From an uncultured delta proteobacterium (lineage in GTDB: Bacteria > Desulfobacterota > Binatia > UBA9968), in assembly GCA_963816145.1 (NCBI GenBank), contig CAWFJP010000014.1:672001-736000 (forward strand): 64,000 nt of DNA, in the 5' to 3' direction. A model generated the notes under the pieces. That model saw only the letters and a list, made by a program, of their open reading frames with translations. It ran no database searches and was not told where the DNA came from. The position numbers were made by a program, and so were the translations under genes. Position 1 is the first letter of the stretch, and each line of letters starts with the position of its first letter. This document shows positions 10,464 through 21,177 of this stretch, piece after piece.

Positions 10464-11020
10464 CGGAGCCGTGATAACTAAAAACGTACTTTCATCTGAA
10501 ATGTTCACCACTTCAATTGCTTCCATGGGTTATCTACTTTTTGCTGGACTGGGTGTAACCAAACTCGATACCGCGCGGCGCGTGCTGGTCGGAAGCTAAG
10601 ACGAGTCAAGAAACTAAAGTTGTTTTTGATGTTGCCGCTTCTGCGCAAGTGTACGCACGGCGACAAAACCTAGTCGAAGAAGCGATTGGCTGCGCGCATG
10701 AGATAAGGAGTTATGCGCTGCGGCAGTTAGGGTAGATGTTGAAGGTGTCAGAGCGGCAAGAAGGCGGCAGACAGCCGCACTTTCACTAATGTGAACCTGG
10801 ATTCCCATACCCTGATGAAAATTACGCTGTTTGCTGGAGTAGGGAGAAACCCGTTCCACTGTGGATCAGGTTTCTAAAGCCAAACTTGCCGAGAAAAGGA
10901 CTTTGTCGATTCGTTCAGTTTGGGATATCTGCCCCGACCGATCATTCAAAATTGTCAAAGATGTTTGGTCTTTCGACCCTGGTAGAGTCGTAACACCGTA
11001 AAATTTAAAGTTGAATGGTA

Positions 11021-11036
11021 TGGCACGCTCTCTGCT
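11021..11036 (+). promoter_or_regulatory. Sigma54 (-24/-12) promoter of the flp pilin
   Basis: TGGCAC-GCTCT-CTGCT fits TGGCAC-N5-TTGCW, about 70 nt upstream of the ATG. Confidence 0.7.
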
Positions 11037-11104
11037 TAGGTCGAGTGTCAGTGTTTACAAGCAAATTATGGGAAAGAGTTTTTAAGAAAGGGGGTGAACC
11101 TCTG

Positions 11105-11299
11105 ATGGAGCTACTGAAGCGTTTGTTGGTTGAGGAGGATGGTCAAGGTCTCGTTGAATATACCTTGATCGTCGTGTTGGTGGCGCTAGTTTTTTGGGTC
11201 GCGATAAAAAATACTGACATCGGTAACGGGTTGGCGAGTGGGTGGAGCAAGGTTACGGCCTGCGTTGGCACGCCGGAAAGCTGCACTTCGTCATCCTAG
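11105..11299 (+). CDS. flp: Flp-family type IVb/Tad pilin
   Basis: Leader ...EEDG|QGLVEY followed by a hydrophobic helix, 64 aa, RBS gggggtg. Confidence 0.9.
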   Translation: MELLKRLLVEEDGQGLVEYTLIVVLVALVFWVAIKNTDIGNGLASGWSKVTACVGTPESCTSSS

Positions 11300-11310
11300 T
11301 TTCGCAATTA

Positions 11311-11354
11311 ATGCGCATTGATGGCAAGGGTAAATCCTTGCTGTCAATGCGCAT
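11311..11354 (+). terminator. Long RNA hairpin downstream of flp
   Basis: 19-bp stem atgcgcattgatggcaagg / ccttgctgtcaatgcgcat. Both DNA mismatches form G-U pairs on the + transcript. No U-tract. Confidence 0.6.
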
Positions 11355-11834
11355 CGCCATTGTACAGATGACGCGATTTCTGGTCGGGAAAGAACAGAGT
11401 TTATCTCTACCCTGGCTCGTGAGCTGATCGCAACGCTACCGCGCAGTCTTCGAATATTCGGTCCCGCCAGGCGCGAAGTGGATGCTGTCGCGTTGCAGGA
11501 CAGGATCGGCGCAGGCCGCCAGTTCGCGCTCGCATCTCTTAGAGCGAGTGACGGCTTCGTTCAGCCAGGACCGTTTACCCACATAGATATCGGACATGTT
11601 CGGTCTCCTTCGGTGCCCGTGTTTGGGATAGCGTCGCAATCGCAGGATTTCCACACCCGGCGCATCAAGGTCAATCGCTCTGAATAACCCTAGCTATTCA
11701 CGCCCTCGCCCGCCGCGCGCCTACTCGAAGGAGCGTTATCAAACTAAGTGCAGCGCCGTCTTCGAGCATGTCTACGAAAGCTACAAGGGCTAGGGGAAGA
11801 GCGTCTATGCCGGAAGCGCGTGACTTCAGTTCCT

Positions 11835-12053
11835 TTACACAATCCGATAAGCCAGCATGGCATCGACCACTTTGACAAACCCGCCGATGTTGGCACCTTA
11901 GACATAGTCGACCTTGCCGTTGGCTGCGCCGCCGTGTTTTTGGCATTTTCCGTGGATCTCTTTCGTGATTTTCTTCAGCCTCTCGTCGATTTCTTCGCGG
12001 GACTAGCTTAAGCGCTGAGAGTTTTGACTTTGCTTCAAGCCGGAGACCGCGAC
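11835..12053 (-). pseudogene. gdhA: C-terminal relic of NADP-glutamate dehydrogenase
   Basis: Hand translation VAVSGLKQSQNSQRLS*SREEIDERLKKI...DYV*GANIGGFVKVVDAMLAYRIV* matches the GdhA C-terminus with two internal stops. Confidence 0.85.
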
Positions 12054-12187
12054 AAAACATAGCAGATCGGTCTGCGCGGCCCAGCAAAGCGCTTCGAATT
12101 TGTCCATCGGCTGATCGAGCATTGCCTTTAAATGCAACCACCGATATGGCATAGAGAGCATCGGTCGCGACAAGGAGGAAGAGGATC

Positions 12188-13078
12188 ATGCCATTTCAAA
12201 GAGTCGGTATCATGAGCATCGGCGAGATGGGCTTTCATTGGGCCAAGCTGCTCAAGAGCCATGGGGTCGAAGTGTTAACCTATGACAAAGACCGCGGCGA
12301 GGTCAGCCGCAAGCGCGCCGAGAACGCCGGTGTCACATCGGTGCGATCAATGAACGCTCTGGTGCGGGAAGCCGAACTGATCGTTTCCATCGTCGTGCCG
12401 TCGGCGGCCAAGAAGGTCGCCGGCAAAGTGGCCAAGGCGGCGCTCAAGACTGGCAGAAAAGATTTGTTGTACTGCGATGCCAACGCGATCTCGCCGATGA
12501 CCGCCGCCGCCATCGCCAGCGTGCTTGCGCCGGCGGGGGTGAACTTTGTCGACGGCTGCATTATTGGTTCCGCGGCAAAGATGGGGAAGGGGACGATCGT
12601 CTATCTTTCCGGGCCGCAAGCTGAGCGGCTGCGCGGGCTTGAAGCGTTCAACATTCCATTAAAGCTGCTGGGCGCTAGTACCAATCAGGCTTCTGCGTTC
12701 AAAGTCATCTACGCCGGGCTCACCAAGGGGTTTCAGGGGTTGTTTTGCGAGCTGCTCATGGGCGCGCGGAAGTTTGGTTTGTTAAACGAGATTCGCGCCC
12801 AGTACGAAGAGAGCTTTCCGGGTTTGCTCGATAAGGTTTCTTCGAGCATCGTCGGCCTGCAAATTCACGCCGGCCGGCGCGCCGAGGAGATGGACGAATT
12901 GAAACGCACCTTCAATTCCCAGGGTCTCGATTCCTTCATGGCGCCGGCGGCGCAAAAAGTTTTGCGCGCGATTGCCGCGTTGAACTTGGGCCAAGCTTCC
13001 GAGAGCGGCGCGCGCCACGGCGAGCTGGCCGATACTCTGGAATTGTTTTACGAAAAGGGGCTTTTGCGGCGTAATTAG
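12188..13078 (+). CDS. NAD(P)-dependent oxidoreductase, 6-phosphogluconate/beta-hydroxyacid dehydrogenase-like (DUF1932)
   Basis: Rossmann-like VGIMSIGEMG, DANAISP, FVDGCIIG, ASAFKVIYAGLTKG, HAGRRAEEM. Confidence 0.8.
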   Translation: MPFQRVGIMSIGEMGFHWAKLLKSHGVEVLTYDKDRGEVSRKRAENAGVTSVRSMNALVREAELIVSIVVPSAAKKVAGKVAKAALKTGRKDLLYCDANAISPMTAAAIASVLAPAGVNFVDGCIIGSAAKMGKGTIVYLSGPQAERLRGLEAFNIPLKLLGASTNQASAFKVIYAGLTKGFQGLFCELLMGARKFGLLNEIRAQYEESFPGLLDKVSSSIVGLQIHAGRRAEEMDELKRTFNSQGLDSFMAPAAQKVLRAIAALNLGQASESGARHGELADTLELFYEKGLLRRN

Positions 13079-13167
13079 CCCGTCAAGAATTCTTAAATCA
13101 GCCCTAGCCAGGCGGCGGGATTCCTGGTATTGAGAGCGAATCAGTAATCTGAGGGAGGAGTCTATTA

Positions 13168-14938
13168 ATGTCCAGAGTAGAAAAGAAACAACCGGAATAC
13201 GGGTCCGATGTCATCGTCGATATGATGAAGGCGCATGATATCGAGTACACCGCGTTCAACCCCGGTGCGACCTTCCGCGGGATCCACGATTCGATCGTCA
13301 ACTATGGCGGCAATTACAAGCCCGAAGTGATCTTCTGCCATCACGAAGAAATCTCGGTGGCCATCGCGCATGGCTACGCCAAGGCGAAGAACAAACCGAT
13401 GATCGCCATCGTCCACAACATGGTCGGTTTGCAGCATGCGAGCATGGCGATTTTCAACGCTTACATCGACCGCGTGCCGATGATGGTGCTCGGCGGCACC
13501 GGACCCGATGGTCACCAAAAGGCGCCGTCCGCGCATCGATTGGATCCACACCGCGCTAGTTCAAGGAAATCAGGTGCGCGACTACACCAAGTGGGACGAT
13601 CAGCCGTATTCCTTGGCTGACGTGCCGGACTCGTTCATTCGCGGCTACCGCATCGCCACCACCGATCCTACCGCGCCGGTGTACATCAACTACGATGCCG
13701 ACATTCAAGAAGACGCGGTCAAGGCGATGGCCGACATGCCGGATGTGAGCCGTCATTCCAAGCCGGCGCCGGCGCAGGCCAATCCTGAAGCGCTGCGGCG
13801 CGCGGCGGAGATGCTCGTCAATGCCAAGACACCGTTGATCGTCGCCGATATGGTCGGGCGCAACCCCAAGGCCGTGCCGATGCTGATCGAGCTAGCGGAA
13901 GCGCTCGCCGCGCCGGTGCTCGACAGGGGCGCCCGCTTCAATTTCCCGGCGGTGCATCCGCTGGATGTGACCGACGGCGCTCGCGAGATTCTCCAGAGGG
14001 CGGATTTCATTTTGGCTCTCGATGTCGGCGACCTGTTTGGCGCCCTGACCACGGTGAGCAAGCAGACCCGTGAAAGCGAATATGTGACCACGCCCGGCGT
14101 CAAGATCGCCAGCATCTCGATGAACGATATGTTGGTTCACTCCTGGGCCAACGACTTCCAGGCGTTGCAGGCGATCGACGTTCCAATGACCGCCGATACT
14201 TCGGTGGCGCTGCCGGAATTAACCCGGCTGTGCCGCGAATTGATCAGCAAAGACAGCGCCAAGAAGGCGACCGTCGAAGCGCGGCAAAAAGAGTTGGCGG
14301 ATAAGCATAAGAGCCGCCGGGCAAAATGGCTGGCCGACGCGCAAGCGAAGGGCTCACAGAAAGATATTTCCACCGCCTGGTTGGCGCTGGAGATCGGCGA
14401 AGCGATCAAGCGCGAAGATTGGGTGTGCGTCAACGGCACATCGAACGGCTGGACGCGCCGGCTGTGGGACTTCAGCAAGCCCAATCAGTCCCTCGGCGGC
14501 AGCGGCGGCGCCGGTCTCGGCTACGGCCCGGGCGCGTCGATCGGCGCAGCGTTGGCGCTTAAAGGCAGCGGCAAGCTCGCGGTGGCGATCCAGTCCGACG
14601 GCGACATGCTGATGACTTCGAGCGCGGTTTGGACCGCGGCCAAGCACCGCATTCCGCTGCTCATGGTCATGCACAACAACCAGTCCTACTATAATTCCGA
14701 AGAGCACGGCATCGAAGTCGCCAAGTTCCGCAAGCGGCCGGTGGAGAACGCGCCGATCGGCACCCATGTCGACGACCCAGAGATCGACTTCGCCATGATG
14801 GCGAAATCCTTCGGCGTCAACAGCGAAGGACCGATCCGCAACCCGGCGGACCTTCGGCCGGCCATCGAGCGCGGCGTCAAGTACGTCAAAGAGAAGCAGC
14901 TGCCGTACCTGGTCGACGTCATCGCCGAACCGCGCTAG
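13168..14938 (+). CDS. Thiamine pyrophosphate-binding enzyme (acetolactate synthase/benzoylformate decarboxylase-like), frameshifted near 13505
   Basis: NPGATFRGIHDS, HEEISVAIAHGYAK, GDG-like QSDGD...NN motif. Removing one C from ggacccgatg joins ORFs 13168-13620 and 13508-14938. Confidence 0.85.
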
Positions 14939-14973
14939 AGAAGTTTGAGCCGGGGGAATCCGAGAAAATTCCT

Positions 14974-15053
14974 CACCACGAAGGACACGAAGAGCACGAA
15001 GTTCGGAAAACTAATTTTCTGAAACCTTCGTGTCCTTCGTGATTTTCGTGGTG
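14974..15053. repeat. REP-like palindrome built from 9-bp CACGAAG units
   Basis: caccacgaaggacacgaagagcacgaag ... cttcgtgtccttcgtgattttcgtggtg, three units per arm. Confidence 0.8.
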
Positions 15054-15118
15054 GATAAAGATCTTGAGATCTCGCCAGGCGATTCGCGCTCGAGAACAGA
15101 GCCCCAAACAATTGCACA

Positions 15119-15952
15119 TTGGTTACCGATCCCTACCGAGAATTTCGTCAAGCCGTCGAGCGGCCGGAAGAAAGCATCGATCTCGGCCGCGCCGCGCTGG
15201 CCATCGCGCTCGCCGATTATCCCGATCTCGACATCGCCGGTTATCTCCGGCGCATCGACGAACTGGCCGTCGCGGTCAGCCAGCGCTCGGGCGCCGACGG
15301 CGATGTTTATCGCTCGATCGCCGCGCTTAATTACGTCCTGTTCAAGGAGCAGGGCTTCCGCGGCAATCGCGACGATTACTACGATCCCAAGAATAGCTTC
15401 TTGAATGAGGTCATTGAGCGCAAGCGCGGCCTGCCGATCACGCTGTCGATTCTCTACATGGAAGTGGGGCAGCGCATTGGTCTCGCCATCGAAGGCGTCG
15501 GTTTCCCCGGTCATTTTCTGGTCAAGACCAAGTCCGCGGGTGATGAGATTGTCATCGATCCGTTCAATGGCGGCGATGTCAAGTCCTTTGAAGAGTTGCA
15601 GGCCATGCTCGATCAAATCTACGGCGGCAAAGTGCGCCTCGATCGAGACCTCCTCACCGCACTGCCGAAAAAACAGATCCTCAAGCGCATGCTCGGCAAT
15701 CTGAAGGCGATCTATGGGCGGCGCGACGAGCTGGTCAAGATGCTGGCCGTGCTCGACCGTCTGATTATTCTCGATCCCGGCTCGGTGGAGGAAGTACGCG
15801 ACCGCGGCGCGGTCTATCTACGGCTCGAGTGCTACGGGCAGGCGAAGGACGATTTTGAAACTTACTTGCGTTTGGCACCGAATGCCAAAGACGCCGCGGC
15901 AATTCGCGAGCAGTTGGTCGAACTAGCGAAGCGCGCCGTTCTGATTCACTGA
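15119..15952 (+). CDS. SirB1/YchA-like protein (transglutaminase-like core + TPR)
   Basis: GFRGNRDDYYDPKNSFLNEVIERKRGLPITL, GVGFPGHF, IDPFNGG, C-terminal TPR. Confidence 0.9.
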   Translation: MVTDPYREFRQAVERPEESIDLGRAALAIALADYPDLDIAGYLRRIDELAVAVSQRSGADGDVYRSIAALNYVLFKEQGFRGNRDDYYDPKNSFLNEVIERKRGLPITLSILYMEVGQRIGLAIEGVGFPGHFLVKTKSAGDEIVIDPFNGGDVKSFEELQAMLDQIYGGKVRLDRDLLTALPKKQILKRMLGNLKAIYGRRDELVKMLAVLDRLIILDPGSVEEVRDRGAVYLRLECYGQAKDDFETYLRLAPNAKDAAAIREQLVELAKRAVLIH

Positions 15953-15992
15953 TTCGCCAGGCACGCTGACAATTTCGATGCGCCAGTGTTGG

Positions 15993-18203
15993 TTACGCTC
16001 CTAAGTTCGAAAACTCTTTGAAGGTAGCAGCGAAGGAGCGGGTCAGAAACAAGTCGTGTAACACCGCGCGGGTTAACTGCAAAGGTCGTATTGCCCAGAG
16101 CTTGTGGGCCTTGAGATTTGCTACGCTCTCGCTCCAAATACGCTGGAGCTCCTGGCGCGAATAGACCACCCGGTCGTTGATGGCGTCGTACTTCATCAGC
16201 CTGAGTTGCGCCTTCGATGGCAGTGAGTCGCGCACCCGCTGATAGGCGTCTTGCCACTCGTTTATGCGATCGCTGATGCGGATGTTGGTCTGAATCTGCT
16301 GCATCTCCTCGAGCCATTTGCGCGTGGTCTCCGATTCGACCAGCCGAAGCTCCTGGATGTTTTGGCGCAGTTGCTCCCATTGCTTTAAAAAGCGATTGAG
16401 ATCGCGCCGGCTGTAGAGGATCCGCGACGATAGGTCGTCGAGCGGGGCGAGGAGCGTTCTTACGCGGTCCGGCAAGACATCCTTGGCATTGTTGTAAAGG
16501 CTCTGGATCTCGCCGATGCGCAGGACGTTCCAGATGTCGGATTGGACTTTTTCAATCTGGCCGAGCCAGCGCTCTTCGGTCTCGCTTTTCTTACGGGTCT
16601 GCAGCCAGACCTCTTCCATCTCCTTGACGAACTTCGCCCAGGTGATCAAGAGCGCAGTGATTTCTTTGCCGCGCTTCCACAGATGCACGGGAAGCGAGTC
16701 GACGGCGTAACCGGGCCGGCGGACTTTTCGATCCTTCAAGCGGAAGAAGCCGGCGACCATGGGGTGCTGCTTCTCGATCAAGGCGGCGTTCTTGTACCAG
16801 AAAAAGATCGACATTAGATTCCAATAGTTCTTTGGATGATTGGTCCACTTGGACAACGACTTGATCATGTTCTCTTTGCTGTAGAACGTCTGCCAAGCGG
16901 CCTCATAGGCCTCGGACCATTCTTGCGCCGACATTAGCGGGTGGGCGATGGTGGCGTGAAATGAGTCGCGTTTGTTGAAGTCTGGGTCCATCCAGTCGCC
17001 GCGTTTTTTCATTTCACGATGGTCATGGGAGCCGGGCAGCGGCGTCAGCATGAAGAATGACGCTTGATCTGGCTCCACCACGTCCTTGAGAAAACGCATG
17101 TCTTCGGCGACTTGCTCCTTGCTGTCCCATGGCAGGCCGATGATGTAGCCGGTATGGACGAGCACGCCGGCGTCGTGCCATTCCTTAATGATGGCGCGGT
17201 ATTCGTCGACCTTGTTTTGCTTCTTGCCTTCGGCGGCCAAGTTCTGCGGGTTGACGCTTTCCATGCCGATGAAGACTTGCGTGCAGCCGGCTTTGGCGGC
17301 CAGGGTGACGAAGTCTTTCGGCTTGCGCGCCAAGTCGACTTGCATCATGAAGGTGATGTCGTGCCCTTCCTCGCGTAGTTTGATGATTTCCTCGAAGGTC
17401 TCGCGCCAGAGTTTCTTGCGCGCGAAATTGTCATCGGTGAAAAAATAGAAGGTGAGGCCGTTCGCCAAATTGCGCCGCATCATCGCCGCGATGCTCTCCG
17501 GGCTGCGCTCGCGCATCTTGCGCCCTTGGACGTTGATGATGGTGCAGAAACTGCACGAGAACGGACAGCCGCGCGAGGTGTCGGCGGTGGCGAAGCTCGG
17601 GTAGGCGAAGTGGCGCATGGTTTTCGCGCTGGTGCGCGGCAACGGCGCCTCGCCGATGTCGACCAAATTTTGCAAATCCTGGGCGAAGCTGTAGAGCGGC
17701 TTTAACTGGCCGCGAAGGAAGTCGGCCAGGATGGTTTCCCATCTGCCTTCGACTTCGCCGGACACGACGCAAATACCCTCTCGATAAAGCGCCTGGATCT
17801 CCGGCTCCTGGTCGCTCAGCATATTGATCGTGCCGCTGGTGTGAAAGCCGCCAATGATGACGGAGATCCCTGCGGCGCGAAACTGGCGCGACATATCGAC
17901 GGCGCGGGGAAATTGATTGGTTTGTACGCCGACCATGCACACCAACAACGTGGTGCCGGGTTCTTTGCTCCAGCGGATGATTTTGCCCACCGGTACCTTT
18001 TCGGCGGTTTCATCGAAGGTGGTCACTTCAATGTTGAGCTTGCCGAATACGCGCCGTTCTTTGAGATCTTCGGTCAAGCCATGCAGGACGTTGAGCGTAT
18101 TGCTCGGCAGTACGCCTTTCCAAAATCGAATCAGATAGCCGTCGTCGTCATACTTGGAAGGCTTGATCAAAATGATCTGAAATTTTTCGATTTGTTGCAG
18201 CAT
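15993..18203 (-). CDS. Cobalamin-dependent radical SAM protein with long helical C-terminal extension
   Basis: SRGCPFSCSFC, FFTDDNF, FIGMES, LTPLPGS, N-terminal B12-binding-like region (IIGGFH, GEVEG). Confidence 0.85.
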   Translation of the reverse strand: MLQQIEKFQIILIKPSKYDDDGYLIRFWKGVLPSNTLNVLHGLTEDLKERRVFGKLNIEVTTFDETAEKVPVGKIIRWSKEPGTTLLVCMVGVQTNQFPRAVDMSRQFRAAGISVIIGGFHTSGTINMLSDQEPEIQALYREGICVVSGEVEGRWETILADFLRGQLKPLYSFAQDLQNLVDIGEAPLPRTSAKTMRHFAYPSFATADTSRGCPFSCSFCTIINVQGRKMRERSPESIAAMMRRNLANGLTFYFFTDDNFARKKLWRETFEEIIKLREEGHDITFMMQVDLARKPKDFVTLAAKAGCTQVFIGMESVNPQNLAAEGKKQNKVDEYRAIIKEWHDAGVLVHTGYIIGLPWDSKEQVAEDMRFLKDVVEPDQASFFMLTPLPGSHDHREMKKRGDWMDPDFNKRDSFHATIAHPLMSAQEWSEAYEAAWQTFYSKENMIKSLSKWTNHPKNYWNLMSIFFWYKNAALIEKQHPMVAGFFRLKDRKVRRPGYAVDSLPVHLWKRGKEITALLITWAKFVKEMEEVWLQTRKKSETEERWLGQIEKVQSDIWNVLRIGEIQSLYNNAKDVLPDRVRTLLAPLDDLSSRILYSRRDLNRFLKQWEQLRQNIQELRLVESETTRKWLEEMQQIQTNIRISDRINEWQDAYQRVRDSLPSKAQLRLMKYDAINDRVVYSRQELQRIWSESVANLKAHKLWAIRPLQLTRAVLHDLFLTRSFAATFKEFSNLGA

Positions 18204-18361
18204 CGGACTGGTCACCTCCCGAATGCTTGTAAGTGATGGGCGCATCTTTTATAGATGAACGAGGAGTGAGGAATTTTCGCGAATGTAACAACCGGGGTTG
18301 TCCCTGTCAAGGAGAAATTCCCCTTTAATCATGACCTCTCCGGCGGTATTTTCTCATCGGA

Positions 18362-19051
18362 ATGATCCAATTCCAGCATGTTGAGAAGCGCTACGCGCCC
18401 GCGATACGCGCCCTCAACGACATCAACCTAGAGATTGACACAGGCGAGTTGGTTTTGCTGAGCGGCGCCAACGGCGCCGGCAAATCGACTTTGCTTAAGC
18501 TCATCTACCGTGAAGAAGAGCCGAGTTCGGGGAATGTCCTGTTCGAAGGGCAGAATCTCAAGTCGTTCGATAGCCGCGCCGTGGCCGGGCTACGGCGCAG
18601 AGTGGGGCTGGTTTTTCAAGAGTTCAAGCTGCTGGCGAACTTGAGCGCGATGGAAAATATTGCGCTGGCGGCGGAAGTAGCCGGCGTGACCAAGAACGCC
18701 GCTCGTGGTCGAGCCCTTCAGCTGTTGCGCGATCTCGGTTTGGCATCGCGTCGCGATGCCAAACCGGATTCTTTGTCCGGTGGCGAACAGCAGCGGATCG
18801 CCATCGCGCGCGCGCTAGTGAACCGACCGATTCTTATACTAGCTGATGAACCCACCGGCAATCTCGATGATGTCGCCGCGCGCGAGACGTTGCGGCTGTT
18901 CAAAGATGTTCAACAAAACGACACCACCATCGTAGTTGCCAGCCACGCTGTCGATCTTTTCAAGGAGATTGCAACCCGAGTGATACAGCTTGAACAGGGC
19001 AGGATTGTCGCCGATTCGGCCGGCAGCGGAGCGGCAGAGTGGCGAATGTAA
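18362..19051 (+). CDS. ftsE: Cell division ATP-binding protein FtsE
   Basis: [35 protein letters not shown], upstream of ftsX. Confidence 0.9.
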   Translation: MIQFQHVEKRYAPAIRALNDINLEIDTGELVLLSGANGAGKSTLLKLIYREEEPSSGNVLFEGQNLKSFDSRAVAGLRRRVGLVFQEFKLLANLSAMENIALAAEVAGVTKNAARGRALQLLRDLGLASRRDAKPDSLSGGEQQRIAIARALVNRPILILADEPTGNLDDVAARETLRLFKDVQQNDTTIVVASHAVDLFKEIATRVIQLEQGRIVADSAGSGAAEWRM

Positions 19052-19968
19052 TGGCCGTGATGGGGTTTGTCGCCCGGCGTGCCGGTCATGGGCTCGGGCA
19101 GTTTTTCGGGACCTTTGTCCTGACCGGTTTTACCATCGCGCTAACTCTTGGAGTGTTTGGCGGCTTCTTGTTGCTCCAGTTGAATTTGGCACAACTTTTA
19201 CGCGGCTGGGGCGATCAGATTCAATTGACCGCCTATCTTTCGCCATCTGTTGGCCCGGCTCAGTTGGACGCTTTGCTGGCAAGCCTGAAAAGCTACCCTG
19301 AGGTTGAGCGGGTGCGCCACACCGATCAGGAACAGGCTTGGCGCGATTTCCAGTCCGCTCTTGGCGCGCAAACGGGGTTGCTCGACGGACTGCCGCGAAA
19401 CGTTTTGCCGGCGTCGGTTGCAATTACCCTGCGGCCGGATTTCCGCGATAGCTCTGCGATCGAACAACTGGTCGAGCGTCTAAAGAGACAAAAGGAATTG
19501 ACCCAAATCGATTATCCGCAGCAATGGGTGGAGAAGTTGGCTTTGGTGGTCGCGGCGTTGCAATGGCTCAAATGGTTGGTTGCCGGGGTGCTTTTCCTGG
19601 CGACTTTCTTCATCGTCACGCGCATGGTCAAACTAGCCGTGCTGGCGCGGCGCCAGGAGATCGAGGTGATGCAGTTGGTCGGCGCCACTGAAACCCTAAT
19701 CCAGGCGCCTTTGGCGATCGAAGGCCTGTTCCAAGGACTGCTCGGGTCGGTCGGCGCCCTGGCGATCCTCTGGGGCGTTTACCGCTTGCTGCGCGACGAT
19801 CCAGCAGGGTTGTCCGGTCTCATTCCGGCGCTCAGCCGGATGGAGTTTCTCGATGGGCTAAGCATCGTCTTGATATTGTCCATCGGTGCGACGCTCGGAG
19901 TTTCGGCGAGCTTATTTGCGTTACAGGGGATGGTTCGTTCGTGGAAAGTTTCTCGTCCCGCGCGCTAA
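19039..19968 (+). CDS. ftsX: Cell division permease FtsX
   Basis: 4-TM layout, LPAS motif, ARRQEIEVMQLVGAT..I..P...EG. Confidence 0.9.
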   Translation: MANVMAVMGFVARRAGHGLGQFFGTFVLTGFTIALTLGVFGGFLLLQLNLAQLLRGWGDQIQLTAYLSPSVGPAQLDALLASLKSYPEVERVRHTDQEQAWRDFQSALGAQTGLLDGLPRNVLPASVAITLRPDFRDSSAIEQLVERLKRQKELTQIDYPQQWVEKLALVVAALQWLKWLVAGVLFLATFFIVTRMVKLAVLARRQEIEVMQLVGATETLIQAPLAIEGLFQGLLGSVGALAILWGVYRLLRDDPAGLSGLIPALSRMEFLDGLSIVLILSIGATLGVSASLFALQGMVRSWKVSRPAR

Positions 19969-21110
19969 TCGCTGCGCTGCTGTTGGTGATTGCCGCCCGC
20001 GGCGAGTTGCCCGGTGCGGTTGCCGAGAGAGATCTCGAAGGGATCAAGAGAAGAATCCAAAACGAAAAGAAAGGATTATCGCAGCTACAATTCAAAGAGG
20101 GCGGCGTGCTCAAATCCCTCGGCAAAATCGAAGACGATCTCGAAAGAAAATCCAGGGAACTCAAGATCGCCGATGCCCGACATACCTCAATTCTCGGCAC
20201 GATTCATAAGACTGAGATCGAGGCCGACAGGTTGCGCGGCTCGATTTCCCAGCGCGAGGATTGGTTCCGCCAACGGGCGGTTGCGCTCTATCGCTGGCAA
20301 CGCAGCGGCAATCCTTTTTGGTTTGTCGATGGGCCAATCGATTTGACTGCAACGCTGCAACGCAAACGCTATCTTGAAGCGACGCTCGCTTTCGACCGGG
20401 AACTGATCGCCGACTTGCAGAGCCAAAGCCGGCGCCAGGAAGTCTTGAGAGTGCAGCTCAGCGAGCAGAAAAATCGATTGGCGGCGCAGAAGAAAGTGCT
20501 GGTGTTGGCTCGTGCCGCGGTAGCGCAGGAGGCGGGCAAGAAAAAGAGCCTGTTGGCGAGCCTGCGCCAAGAAAAAGACACCCGGCTCAAAGCCTTGCGC
20601 GAAATGGAAGCGGCGGCGCAGCGGCTGCAAAAAATGCTTGAAGACATTGCGCGCCGACGAAATGTTCGGCCGAACGAAGCACCGGCGCCGCCTTCGACGG
20701 GCCGCGGCCTCGATGCCTTGCTCGGCCAGATGGACTGGCCGGTAAAGGGGCTGGTGAGCGCGCCCTTTGGCAAATTCAAGCATCCCGAGTTTGCCACCGA
20801 GCTGGTGCGCAAAGGCATCGACATCGATGCGCCGCTCGGCGAAGCGGTCCGCGCGGTCGAAAAGGGCCGGGTAGTATTCGCCGACCGGTTTACCGGCTAC
20901 GGCCGCATGGTGATCGTCGACCATGGCGAGCGTTACTACACAATTTACGCTCATCTTTCTGAAATCATTAGGAAAACCGGTGAAGAGCTACGGCGAGGCG
21001 AGATTCTCGGGCGGGTTGGTGACAGCGATTCGCTGAGCGGCGCCAAACTTTATTTTGAGCTGCGCAAGGATGGCCGCTCTGTCGATCCACTACCATGGCT
21101 GAGGAAGTGA
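19941..21110 (+). CDS. envC: Murein hydrolase activator EnvC
   Basis: Signal peptide, coiled coil, degenerate M23 domain (KGIDI, YAHL, LYFELR), ftsEX context. Confidence 0.88.
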   Translation: MESFSSRALIAALLLVIAARGELPGAVAERDLEGIKRRIQNEKKGLSQLQFKEGGVLKSLGKIEDDLERKSRELKIADARHTSILGTIHKTEIEADRLRGSISQREDWFRQRAVALYRWQRSGNPFWFVDGPIDLTATLQRKRYLEATLAFDRELIADLQSQSRRQEVLRVQLSEQKNRLAAQKKVLVLARAAVAQEAGKKKSLLASLRQEKDTRLKALREMEAAAQRLQKMLEDIARRRNVRPNEAPAPPSTGRGLDALLGQMDWPVKGLVSAPFGKFKHPEFATELVRKGIDIDAPLGEAVRAVEKGRVVFADRFTGYGRMVIVDHGERYYTIYAHLSEIIRKTGEELRRGEILGRVGDSDSLSGAKLYFELRKDGRSVDPLPWLRK

Positions 21111-21177
21111 TAGCTATTCCAAAAACATTGAGCTAGAATTGGCAACTAGTTGTCAGCCAATATTAGGGAGAAATTTC

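Larger units (their letters stand above)
2166..10600. mobile_element. Decayed accessory island next to tRNA-Leu (right boundary approximate)
   Basis: More AT-rich sequence starts immediately after the tRNA and carries orphan genes and an IS element. An integrase arm-like motif lies at 10405-10463. No island integrase or att duplication was found. Confidence 0.55.

Noticed and set aside
10530-10580. Possible attR of the tRNA-Leu island
   Set aside because: No convincing match to the tRNA-Leu 3' end (gttcgagtccggctccgggcacca).
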